Assembly: GCF_964188315.1 (NCBI RefSeq)
Contig: NC_135661.1
Span: 32,178,001 to 32,242,000 of the forward strand
Reading direction: 5' to 3'
DNA from: Podarcis muralis
Lineage: Eukaryota
Length of the DNA: 64,000 nucleotides
This document shows positions 9,313 through 21,132 of the stretch, piece by piece. Positions within the stretch are counted from its first letter, which is position 1. The number at the start of each line of letters is the position of its first letter. Position numbers and translations under genes: made by a program. Under the pieces are notes generated by a model. That model had not been told where the DNA came from. It did no database searches and worked only from the letters and a program-made list of their open reading frames with translations.

Positions 9313-10399
9313 GCTAAGGGTATTAAGAGACCTCTTTTCCCATCATAGGGCTACAGTTCCCAGAGTTCCCTGGGAAGAGGGATTGATTACCTTGTCCATA
9401 AAAGCAAGTACGTAACTCCTATGAAAGAGAGAGAAAGAGCTCAACTATAAGTGTGTGATCATTGAAGATTTCTCCAAAGCAATTGCCCATGTCCAAATGA
9501 TCAGTTGGCCCATATTTATCAAAGGAAAACTGCTGTTGCGAAATGGCCCACGGGGCACCAATATTTAGGTGCCATCCCCACACTACATGCCTGTTGACAA
9601 CAAAACTGCTAAAATCAGTCACATTTAACTCCTCGTTCCAGTAGCAGTACATTATGTAATTTATTCCCTTTTCCCTTTCTGATTTGGTTTGTGCAATGAC
9701 TGACATACATTAGAAACATGCTCTATACTTTATGATACATTTTCCAGATCCATAAGAGTTCGTGCATTTGCACCACCAACATTTCAGTTGCACACTCCAG
9801 ACAGTTAAAGAATGAAAATGACCCTTTTCACTGCCCAATGCAGGTTTATCGGAAACTATATTACTCCATGTCTTTTATTTCATGTTAATGGAGTTTTTAC
9901 AAATCACTGGCACTGACTAGCTTTTAAAAGCTCATTGGAAGTGTGGAAAATATTCCTCTCCCACTATTTTGTAACTTGTCTGATTGATGGGAAAAAAGGA
10001 AGACCTAAGCATGGTTAAAGGGCTAACTAATCTGGTTTAATGATCCAGAGGACAAACCTTTAAAGTGTAGAGCAATTATTTTTGCAGTGCAATCCTAAGA
10101 ACGTGTGATTTGGATTGCAGCATTAACAGAACTATTAGAGGTGTGTTTATTTATTTCAAATTAACAGGAACAAAATGGTTTAAAAAATGTGGATGAAGTT
10201 TTATAATCTGACAAGGAAATTGCAATGCATATGTTATTCATGGATCAATATACCTGGATACTAATCTGTAATTTCAAAATATAAGCCCCTTTGGAGAGAA
10301 AAAGCATACCAGGAAAGTTATTCCAACCAAGATCTAGAAAGATAAATGAAGAGGTAGTGGGACACAAGGGTTACTTATGAGTGGATCCAGGCTACTTTC

Positions 10400-10682
10400 A
10401 CATCATACATTGAAAGCAGCATCATACCACTTGCTGTGGCTTCCCCCAAAGGATCCAGGCAGGTGTTGTTTGTAAAGGAGTTGTTTGGATCTCCCAAAGT
10501 TCCTTGGAAAGAGGGATTGGTTGCTAAATCACTCTGACAACTGTAGCTCCAGGAGGCGAATAAGGGTCTCCTAACAATTCTCAGCATGCTTATCAAACTA
10601 TAGCTCCCAAAATTCTCTGGGGGAAGCCATGGCTGTTTAGACTGTTATCATAGGGTTTTAAATGTGTTGTGTGGGTGTGGAC
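10400..10682. mobile_element. Degenerate long-palindromic non-autonomous element (MITE-like)
   Basis: Arms gctgtggcttcccccaaa (10433-10450) and tctgggggaagccatggc (10616-10633). Same family as 40246-40567, with fragments at about 8030-8180 and 9315-9390. Confidence 0.65.
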
Positions 10683-10767
10683 TCAACTGACTGAAGTTTT
10701 TATGTTCTGCAGTGTTGCTGGTAATGCAAGACATAAATGCACGGTTAGAGCCTTCACAAGACTGCCT

Positions 10768-10883
10768 GTTGTGGTGCTGATAACACCAAGGTCACGGGTT
10801 CAATCCCCATAAGGGCCACCTACATATTCCTGAAGTGCAGGGGGCTGAACTAGATGACCCTTCAAACTCTCCAATTCTATGAT
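10768..10883 (+). mobile_element. Short tRNA-headed SINE with a CR1-like 3' tail
   Basis: B-box-like ggttcaatcccc, then gaactagatgaccc...ccaattctatgat, which matches the CR1 3' terminus. Confidence 0.65.
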
Positions 10884-12094
10884 ACCACATTAATACAGAT
10901 ATCAATGCATTGCTAGGGCATTTAACCATATTTACTGTTAGGCAGCTACATGGCAGAAAGACTTAGAGATGCTGTCAAGTGGTTTCCTCATTTAGTGCCA
11001 ACATTTTCATTGCCAGTGCAGGATCCCATGGGCTTGGGAAAGGCCCTCACTGTGTGAAGAAAGCTTGCAAGGGGTCTGCCCTAACCCCAGGAAGAAGAAG
11101 CAGGTGTCAGGAGAACTTCAGTGGTTGTATTTATTTAGGAAGAACAGCACAGCAACTCAACATAGTAGCTCAACTTGCTACCCTGGCAAGACTAAGATCC
11201 CACTCAGCTATGGCAGGAACCACACCCAGACAGGGGAGGGGATTTACCTTTACGGGCTAGGCATAAGAGACAGCTCACATACATGCTACATCCAAAACAC
11301 ATACAGAAGGACAGGATTTGGATGGACTAGTGCATTTTTTTTAAAAAAATAATGATCTAGTCCTCTCTAGGAACATAGCTGTGTCACATGACAATTTTAC
11401 AAACAAGGAGGATGGGGGTCTGAGATGTTTTAGATAAAGCAATAATTAATGCTTATTAATTTATTTATTTTATTTTGATTATTAATTAATTCCCATGAAA
11501 CATCCCAAAGCAAATAACAATAAAAAGATATAAAAATGCAATTTCTACTTCAATGCAGATAACAACTGGGATGATAAAACATCTGCACTTAAAGGACATG
11601 TTAGGTCTTAAGTCGGGACAATCCTATCTTTCAATATTGAGTAGAATGAGCTTTTCTGACTTTTCTAAGCAGACTTTGTAGCAGCATAAATGCTTCTTTA
11701 AGATTCCCTCCTAATATTCTCTTTCTGATAATCTCTAATTTTGCAGCGTAATCAGTTTAGGATACCTCAAAAAAGGCTGCACAATGTGTGTGTTTGCATG
11801 TACGTAGTATGTAAAAGTGTGTGTGTGTAGTGTGTATAGTGAGGGGGAGGGACACACACCCACTAATGAGATGGTACACTTCCTTACAAAGTAAACAATG
11901 AATACTGTAGCAAAAGCCTTTACCAAAAATGATGTTCATTAAACAAACAAAAAGAAAAAGAGAAGAACCTGTATTTTTCCAGCTACTATGTAATTTGCAA
12001 GATGCATTTTTAAATGCTTTGCAACTGTAGAAAGATCCATCAGTCAGATGATACAGATAGATAATTCACCATACTGTCACATGATCTTCCATCA

Positions 12095-12306
12095 NNNNNN
12101 NNNNNNNNNNNNNNNNNNNNNNNNNNNNNNNNNNNNNNNNNNNNNNNNNNNNNNNNNNNNNNNNNNNNNNNNNNNNNNNNNNNNNNNNNNNNNNNNNNNN
12201 NNNNNNNNNNNNNNNNNNNNNNNNNNNNNNNNNNNNNNNNNNNNNNNNNNNNNNNNNNNNNNNNNNNNNNNNNNNNNNNNNNNNNNNNNNNNNNNNNNNN
12301 NNNNNN
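12095..12306. other. Assembly gap (212 N)
   Basis: Run of N. Confidence 0.98.
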
Positions 12307-13629
12307 CAGGTTCTGATTAGTGAAGTATCAGTATGCCACAAAGGTCAATCAGTTATTTACCTGAAGTAACAGAAGGATGACAGGCCTTTTTGAAATTTTA
12401 CAGTTTCTGGTAAGAGACGGAGCCATTTAACAGTACAGTAGTAACACTGATAATAGAAATGCTACCACAAATGCTAATAATACTAAGAGTGGTATGCATA
12501 GGGATTACTTTGCCTAAAAATAATAATGCTGTGGTTATGTCAATATCAAACATGCACTCTTGCTGTGGGCCTGGTGTTCAAGCTCCAACACTTAAGAGAA
12601 CAGGGTAGTCTGTGTTTACATATGCACACACTGGAACCCCATATACATGCCCAGTCCCTGGTCTGAAAAACCTCATTAGTGATTTGCAACATGCCAGCAG
12701 AATGGAACACCATTCTAAAGGATGGCTCTAATTCAAATTTTATTTAAGTTCACAGTTTAATTGTGAATTAACAGGAGCAAATTATCCATTAATGTTTTAA
12801 GTCTCACATATAAAACACAACGGACAGGTAGAAATGCACTGGTCATACGTGGTCATTTTAAACATAGCTTGTCAGTATCTTCTACACTTGCCTATTACCT
12901 CTAAGGCCTGTTCAAAATTAAAAGCCCAATCCAGGGGGGGAAATGCTTATAACTGGATTCATTAATGAAGTAGAAAGACTGGACCTGCTGTGAAATTTGC
13001 TCTGTTTTCAGTATACAACTACACAAATGATGATGAGTGGTGTAACTTACAATGGCTAAAAAAAGCTAACATTCCATAATCATAATAATAATGGGATCAA
13101 CGTCTAGTTTTAGCAGCTTCACAGAAGTAGTTTTATTGATAGCAACAGGGGAGATTTTTCAAAGACACAAGTTGGAAGTCGGATGCCTTTGAAATCTCTC
13201 CTAGTTCCCTAATTTCTATTACATGTGTTAATATGAACATAATGGTAGCAATAAAGCTCAGTTGTGTGTCTGAACACATTTCAACAACTCCAGGATGAAT
13301 ATCTAATTTCCCATCAGATCTAGTGAGGTTTTAATACAAATTTAAAGAGAATATGTACTCCCCTCATACCTATTTATATCCATTCAGTAATTTAATGTCT
13401 TGTCCATAAGTGATGCTTTGCCAAATCTGTTCCAGCATTATGGTAGCCCTGCTGCAAAAAATAAAAATTAAAAAATTAAAAATATTGAATTTTCTTACAG
13501 CCACATAGCCAGTGTGGCATAGTGTTTTTCAGGGAGACCCATGTTCAAATTACTTTACAGCCAATATGCACAGTAAGTGACTTTGGATCTGTAAAACAAT
13601 ACAGAGTTCATACAGCCTACCTCCAGGTT

Positions 13630-14190
13630 AATCAAGCACTTTGTTTAGAATATAGGGCTCGTTTGTTCTTGCAACCACCGATAAAAACTTTGCCACTGCC
13701 AATGTTATAGCTTTTGTCCGGTCTTCCAGTAGGAACCTGACATAGTGAGCCTCTGATTTTCCCAGGAAAGGCACCAGCAAGGGTAGTATCAGTTCAGCCC
13801 TGGCCTGCTCATACTTCGCACAATGCAACAAAATATGATTTATGGAATCGATGTCTTGAGCACACGAGCAAAGTCTGTCCTGGTAGGGAATTCCTCTCAA
13901 CCTACCATCCAGCACTGCAGAGGGGAAGACATTTAGTCTGGCTTTGGTGAAAAGCCTTCAATAGTTAGGTACTGTCAGGTTTTTGATGTAAGATGTTAAC
14001 TCAAAGACATACCCATATTGAACTCCTGCTGCCAGCAGACTACAGACTGCGTGTGATCGAGATCGCAAGTCACTGTGTGCATTGTCCCATAATCTTTGCT
14101 TTAAAACCTTTTGGGCGCCTTCATAACCCAGGTAATACAGTTGGGGGAAAAATATTAAGTCTTCTTCATGTGTTACTCGTGTGATGTGAT
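13630..14190 (-). mobile_element. Non-LTR retrotransposon ORF2 C-terminal fragment with a Cys/His motif (RTEX-like; clade tentative)
   Basis: ORFs 13958-14254 and 13628-13915 are one frame split by a single stop: ...LTVPNY*RLFTKARLNVFPSAVLDGRLRGIPYQDRLCSCAQDIDSINHILLHCAKYEQAR. Confidence 0.75.
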
Positions 14191-16526
14191 TACTAATGAA
14201 TGCCATCCCTGGCATGAGGCATGCTGGTGGATCCACAGCTGGGCATCCATGCATTACGTATGGTCATCTGCAGTGAATCCTAAATATGAGCAGGTGTTCA
14301 CACAGAGACTTCCATGTGATTGGAAAACTGGCAAGTAATGCATGAAGGAGACTCATCTCCTCCTTCAGTGTTTATGTCAAGAGAAATAGAAAACATATAT
14401 TTGGCTGAAAACAGTTGCCTTCTTTATATTAATGAAACATTTTGTACAGTTAGTCTTTAGAATAAGGTCTTTTAAATAACCAATAGTTTGCGACATGATT
14501 GACAGTGTTCTCGTCACATGACAGCAGTTCATCACATTCCGCACTCTGGTGAAATTTATTATTTACTTATTTAAAGCATTTCTATCTCCCTCTTGAGCCA
14601 AAAAGGAAAAAAGGCTCTCAGCACTGCTTACAACTGACAGTGATAAAACAGTCCTCACCATTAGATTCACAACTTAAAAAGACATCACATGAAAGGAAAA
14701 GGGATTGGAAGGGAAGAGGAGTTCTTGTAATGACCAACTGGAATGTGAATATTTCAAGGAAAGGAGGAGCCAAAGGTCATTTTGGTAGCTAGTCATTTAT
14801 ATGCTAGTTTCTTGCTTAGCCTGGGAAACAGAACATCAGTGATTTCTTGAAATATTGTTTAAATTGTGAAATATATTGTGGCATGTGGTGCTTATGGGTT
14901 ATCTTTCGTTTAGCAGAAGGCTCTCACCCACATCCTTGTCCATGCTTCTTTAAAAACAATCACATTCCAATCCGGAAAGTCAGCTTTAGCAAGAACCATT
15001 GAAATTGCAAGTGGAGCAGAACTGATAACCACTGCCTTCCTTAATGAACATCCCCCCCAATTCACCACTATTGGAAGATATGCCCAGTGTCTGTGGTTCT
15101 ACTGTCATCCACCTCTTTTGCTTTGCTGAAGCAAAGATGGAGGGGGGGGGCGGGCAGGCTCCTGTTCAGTAGTGTCAATAGCTGTTTATGCCCTTGGCAC
15201 GTAGCTGGTGTTCCAGCAGCAGTTTGAGGACACTGGTGATGACTCTGAGCTTCAGCTGGGACCTTACCACTCCATTTTACAATCTGCTACACTCTGACTG
15301 TGGATTATGTGATTGAGCCACAAGCCACAATCCTCAAAGTTCTTCTGATGCCAACCAAGATACCCTGGAATAAGTGATTTATATATGCTGTATGTATGTG
15401 TGTGTTGTACAATAATGAATGCATTATATTTCTTAGACTGATTGGGCAATTCCAACATAACTCTTTCCAAAAAAATAAAGGGGAGTCCATACAATTTCTG
15501 CCCCATCCATGTCAATCCAATGCAAAGGCCACCTCTGAACAAGCCACCTCTGGCTCTTACATGGGAAAGCCCAGCACTGCTGCAATTTTATTAGTTTGCC
15601 AAAAGAAACAGACACAAAAAAGCAATGCTCGCCTTAAGTCACATTCTAAATTGGCTCCCTAGAGCATTTTCCTACCTTGTTCACTAAAGCACTGTGTATG
15701 TTTTCTCAGTGTTTAGCATATGCTATGTAACCTGAGCAGGATTCATATTGTTCCTCTAGTTGTTTTTCTAAAATATGTTCCCATCAGGACCATAATTACA
15801 TGCAAAATACTAGACACCGAATGATTCATAAAGATGTTTCAAAAAATTCTCCACCATTTTTTATTTTAGCAATCCTGAGGCGGCAGCGTAGAAAGAATTA
15901 GGAAAGGATCACAGTCCCTGTCTTCTGTTTCAAACTAGAGACAAACTTCAGATCAATTTGTATGTCTGTCTACGTGCCAAGAACTGAATACTTAGAAATG
16001 GGTGAGGAAGGTGTCTTCCTTAACATGCTATGAAGATTGGAATTAAGCTTCTGTTCTTTTGACAAATGTATGTAAGATAGAAATATAAATAAGTGACTGG
16101 ACACTTTACTCAGTATACAAGTAACCAGTTCTGAGCCTTTTGAAGTCCAAAGTGATTCTTCTTTGGATTTGTTTGTTTGTTTGTTTTTTGTAAAGGCAGC
16201 AATTATACAGTTAGCCTTCCTCCTAAGTCTAGAAGAAATTGCTAGATGCCAAACATTTCACTAGTCAACTTGCCCACACATATCTATGTGAATCATTTGT
16301 GATGTAAAAGGGGCGCAGGGACAACAATGGGTTGCATTCAGAATGATTTCATTATGGTTAGAGCACGCCCACTGAAATCAATGCAGCTTAAGTTAGACAT
16401 GACTAAGAAGGCCCACCAATTTCAGTAAGTCAGCTTCATGTATGACTAAGTCTGGATGCAACCCAACTGACTTTGTAAAGCCTTCCCATCTAGTTGCCTA
16501 CAGAGGATTATTCATTGCTACAGGAG

Positions 16527-16551
16527 TCGGACACGACTAAACGACTAAACA
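16527..16551 (+). mobile_element. Ultra-short BovB/RTE 3'-end insertion (25 bp)
   Basis: (gag)tcggacacgactaaacgactaaacaa matches the BovB-type 3' terminus. Flanked by direct repeat acaggag at 16520-16526 and 16552-16558. Confidence 0.7.
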
Positions 16552-16579
16552 ACAGGAGACTGGGCAAGCACCAATTGAC

Positions 16580-16910
16580 AATCGGTGGTGGTGGTTTTAT
16601 TGATTTCCAATATATAACCATTACAAAAAAGAGAGAAAAAGATGCAAAAACATCCTCCCCCCTTCCAGGACAGATCACTCTAGTTAAGTTTGACAAAGTC
16701 CAATCTATTATTTCAGTAGTTGCTATTCTTCAAAGTTATCAATAAAGTATTTTATAAAAGAATGCCATATTTCAACAAAATCGTCTACATCATTTGTATT
16801 ATTCAATGCATTTAATCTCTTTGTTATTTCTTCTGATGCAGCAATAGACCATACATTCTGTTTCCAATTGGAACATCTGTGTATCTTCCATTGGAAACAG
16901 ACAATCCTAT
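16580..16910 (-). mobile_element. L1/Tx1-like LINE 3' fragment (ORF2 C-terminus and 3' UTR)
   Basis: Minus-strand translation RIVCFQWKIHRCSNWKQNVWSIAASEEITKRLNALNNTNDVDDFVEIWHSFIK fits the W-K...W...E...F...W..F pattern of reptile L1 ORF2 ends. AATAAA lies on the minus strand near 16588. Confidence 0.55.
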
Positions 16911-17149
16911 TTTAAAAATGGCAAGAACTAAGGTATTAACCCCTGAGATTCCTTTTTTTTTTATGAAAGCATTTTGATGCACACAAAGAAGATTCACACG
17001 TCACAACCAGCTCCTAAATTATGAATGTTCCATGTCAGCATCAGAATGTGGACTATAAAGGGCATGGTTTCCAATGGAATTAGTTTAACTATCCATTCTG
17101 CTCTGGGTACAAGATATACAGTATACAGAAATATATAGTTGCTGCATTT

Positions 17150-17290
17150 AAGGCAAGGCTGGGGAACTTATGGTGCTCTAGATGTTGCTGGATTCCAGTC
17201 CCAACTTCCCTGACCATTGGACATGCTGGTTGGGACCAATGGGAGTTGGGAGTCCAACAAACTCTAGGTGGTCCTCCTCTAAGTCCTGGA
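17150..17290. mobile_element. Degenerate hAT-like palindromic MITE
   Basis: Related to the intact 21016-21132 element (shared gggagttg...gtcccaa core). Similar decayed copies at about 36210-36320 and 40590-40720. Confidence 0.5.
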
Positions 17291-17599
17291 GAGCAGATGT
17301 TTTTCACCAACATCTCCCACAGCCACCACTTTCTTTAAAAACAACATTTTATTTGCTGTGTCTTAGTTCTCATTTATTGTCAGACACTTTGGATGCTTGC
17401 TATCAGGCAGAAAGGCAGGATGTAAATATTGTAAGTACATAAATAAAAGTGAGTGATTCAGGTTGTTTGATTTGAAACTGGTTCTACTTAACAGAAGTCC
17501 TCTGTGCCACATGGAAAACTCATGCAAAACAGCTGCACATCTCATCAGGTTTTAGAGTAAGGCTCAGTATGGTCTGCAATACCTTGCTTGGCTTAACAT

Positions 17600-17796
17600 G
17601 GTGGCTAAGGCTACAGAGGAAGCTGCCTTATACTGAGTCAAGCCCACTGGCCTGTCTAGCTCAATACTGTCTACATTGACTGGTAATGGCTTTGCAGCGT
17701 TTCAAACAGCGGACAATTCCCAGCCCTACCTAGAGATGCTGGGGATTAAACCTAGGACCATCTACATGTAAAACAGATGCTCTTCCACTGAGCTAC
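17600..17796 (-). mobile_element. tRNA-derived squamate SINE (non-Sauria family)
   Basis: The minus strand starts gtagctcagtggaagagcatctg...ggtttaatcccc (A and B boxes). Homologous to 30385-30557 and 48530-48720. Confidence 0.75.
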
Positions 17797-18470
17797 ACCT
17801 CCCCTCCCCAAGCGTAAATGCCAAGAAAGGACCATTTTCAACTTCCTCCTTGGTCATGAGCCCATCTTCCCAATTGGTCTGGCTTTATTGGCTTAGCCAT
17901 GCCTTTAACTGGGAATGAGGTACATATTTCCCTTAGCATGATCTCCCATTGACTGTGTGTGTTGTGTGTTTTAATGTAATATTTCCTGTGCCTTGGGGAC
18001 AGGGCAGGCTTTTACTCCAATTAAAATATACTTGTGGCAATGTAAATGTCCTTCCTTGTTATTTAGTTATCAAATTTCTACTCTGTTTCTCTTCCAAATG
18101 GGGAACCCAAAAAGGCAAACAGTAATATAAACCGAACATAAGCATTAAAAAAAAAAAGAAATCACTTGTCCAAAACCACAAGATAAAGACATGGGTTGTG
18201 TACACACTATTTACCTTTAAAGCACATTTGAAAAATGTTTTTCCCCCTCAAAGAATTTTAGGCACTGTAGTTTGCCCTTCATAGAGTTACTGAAGTGCCC
18301 GTAATTCGCTGAGGGAAATAATGTCATTTGCATGTGTTCTAAAGGTATAACACGTATGCATTCATGTACACCAAAACCAAGATGTGGGTCTTTAACTAAA
18401 ATCCCTATATCTGCTACCTAAATACTTGTTGAAAAGAGTAGGTCAGGCTGAACTGGGCTAGATTAGATTA

Positions 18471-18833
18471 AAGGTAAAGGTAAAGGTACCCCTGCCCGTA
18501 CGGGCCAGTCTTGACAGACTCTAGGGTTGTGACCCCATCTCACTCAAGAGGCCGGGGGCCAGCGCTGTCCGGAGACACTTCCGGGTCACGTGGCCAGCGT
18601 GACATCGCTGCTCTGGCGAGCCAGAGCTGCACACGGAAACGCCGTTTACCTTCCCGCTAGTAAGCAGTCCCTATTTATCTACTTGCACCCGGGAGTGCTT
18701 TCAAACTGCTAGGTTGGCAGGCGCTGGGACCGAGCAACGGGAGCACATCCCGCCGCGGGGATTCGAACCGCTGACCATTCGATCGGCAAGCCCTAGGCGC
18801 TGAGGCTTTTACCCACAGCGCCACCCGCGTCCC
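18471..18833 (-). mobile_element. Sauria SINE, full length
   Basis: Same subfamily as 8922-9278 (shared cccctgcccgtacgggccagtcttgacagactctaggg). 12-bp TSD tagattagatta at 18459-18470 and 18834-18845. Confidence 0.95.
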
Positions 18834-19111
18834 TAGATTAGATTAGAATATTCTAAATGTCTGAGAGAAAGAAGTAAGAAACTATGAAAATGAAAACGAA
18901 AATTAACAAACCCTGCAACATTTATTTTATAACTTTTGCTCCTATATTTTCCTTCTCCCACCCCCAATATCCAGAATAATCTCACCTCTTTCTTCACCTC
19001 TTACCCCCGCCCCCACACCAAACAATCTTAATGTAGTGATAAAATGAGGAAAGAAAGAAGGAGGGTAGGAAGATTATTATAAAACAGGATATTTATGGCT
19101 AGGGTCTTTGG

Positions 19112-19571
19112 NNNNNNNNNNNNNNNNNNNNNNNNNNNNNNNNNNNNNNNNNNNNNNNNNNNNNNNNNNNNNNNNNNNNNNNNNNNNNNNNNNNNNNNNN
19201 NNNNNNNNNNNNNNNNNNNNNNNNNNNNNNNNNNNNNNNNNNNNNNNNNNNNNNNNNNNNNNNNNNNNNNNNNNNCAGAGAACAGCAGAGCAGATGAGTC
19301 AAAATTTTCTCNNNNNNNNNNNNNNNNNNNNNNNNNNNNNNNNNNNNNNNNNNNNNNNNNNNNNNNNNNNNNNNNNNNNNNNNNNNNNNNNNNNNNNNNN
19401 NNNNNNNNNNNNNNNNNNNNNNNNNNNNNNNNNNNNNNNNNNNNNNNNNNNNNNNNNNNNNNNNNNNNNNNNNNNNNNNNNNNNNNNNNNNNNNNNNNNN
19501 NNNNNNNNNNNNNNNNNNNNNNNNNNNNNNNNNNNNNNNNNNNNNNNNNNNNNNNNNNNNNNNNNNNNNNN
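19112..19571. other. Two assembly gaps (19112-19275 and 19312-19571) separated by a 36-bp island
   Basis: Runs of N. Confidence 0.98.
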
Positions 19572-19580
19572 ATGCAGTCT

Positions 19581-19583
<3 letters not shown>

Positions 19584-19634
<51 letters not shown>
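19584..19634. repeat. (TC)n microsatellite
   Basis: Direct inspection. Confidence 0.92.
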
Positions 19635-19638
<4 letters not shown>

Positions 19639-21015
19639 GCACACACATGCATGTATCTATAAAATAATCAAGTAAAATATGTTTAATTAAATAGAATTAG
19701 GAGGAAGGTACTTTAGATTTCTACTATAGCAACTGATAAAACCTAGCATGTAAACACAGCACTCTGTGTCTCTATGAAGCCTCCATGTCAAGAGACACAA
19801 TTTTTTGTCCGAACCTTCTGACCCTATGAATGTATCAGATGTCCCACAGACTAGCCATAATTTGTGTGTGCCAAGTGTTTAGTCACATGGTATGATAGGA
19901 CCCTTGCATTTCCATTGTGTTCACTTTATGCCTTTCACCAGTAATAATTTATATTTTTAGAGATTAATGTTCATTCTTAGTCTCCCAAAGCTGGGGGCAC
20001 AAGTTCATGCTCTTATTGTACAAGCAGACACAGTAAGTGTGTCCCCACTGATCTAATATGCTTCTGTGGATTCCTTCCTGTTCCTCTGCACGGGATGCAC
20101 TCAGAAATTTTATGTTTGCGCATTTAAGGCTGTCTCACCATTCTGCCCATTTGGCACTTCATACTGCTGCGTTCAAAATGGCTAGAACTCTTAAAATGCT
20201 TTAGACGAGAGGGAGGGAGGAAGCAAATCTTCCACTGTCTTCAGGCATGAAACTTACTGACTTATTGCTGTCATTTCTCCATCAGATGCACTTGTATTGG
20301 AAGCGTCTAATGGGTGGAGAGAGAGAGAAAAAAATCCACCGGTATTATCTTTCTGGACATGTCAATGAAAGCTATTAATTTATTTTAATGCGTTATTGAC
20401 ATCTTCTTTGCTATAGATGGAAAAGCAGAGAAGGTAGAAAGGAAAGAACCTATTCAGACAGGGATAGATTAGCCACCAATGCTCTCTGTAAGGCAGGGGT
20501 CCAGTCAAAGTGGGGACCCAGCTAGAGCCCATTGTTTAGGATCAACTGGATCCTCAAGTGTGCACTTCTTGTTTACACGAGTTTCTGCCCTGCTTGCTGA
20601 GAGGTGACAGAAGCAGTGGTGCCCCATCCTTCCATACTGGATTGCATGCTGAGAGGGAGCAGCTATGTATTCACCCAATGTGCATTACCTGGATGGTTTC
20701 CTCACCCCATGCAATGCCCCCAACTTCTGTTCAAGAAGCTGTCATCTGCGCATGAAATGTCATCTGCACAGCACAATGGCTGTCTCAATTATACATACTT
20801 CAGTTTCATGGTGAAATGAACATGCCTCAAGTTTTCCTTTCCAACTGAAGCTGGTTTGAGGGAAAACGCATCAAATATGGGTATTTCTAAAGAAACTATG
20901 GGATAGCTCTGCATCAGGGATAACATAATGTGCACAGAGACTCAAATGCCAATGGTCAGAGTACACTGGAGCCAGAGCCATGTACACAGCCTTAGTCTAC
21001 CTCTATCACATAGTC

Positions 21016-21132
21016 CAGGCATAGGCAAACTCGGCCCTCCCATCAACCATGACCACTGGTCCATTTGGGTAGCTAGGGATGATGGGAGTTGTAGTCCCAA
21101 AACATCTGGAGGGCCGAGTTTGCCTATGCCTG
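21016..21132. mobile_element. Intact 117-bp hAT-type MITE
   Basis: Perfect 25-bp TIR caggcataggcaaactcggccctcc (21016-21040 / 21108-21132) and perfect 8-bp TSD acatagtc (21008-21015 / 21133-21140). Confidence 0.93.
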
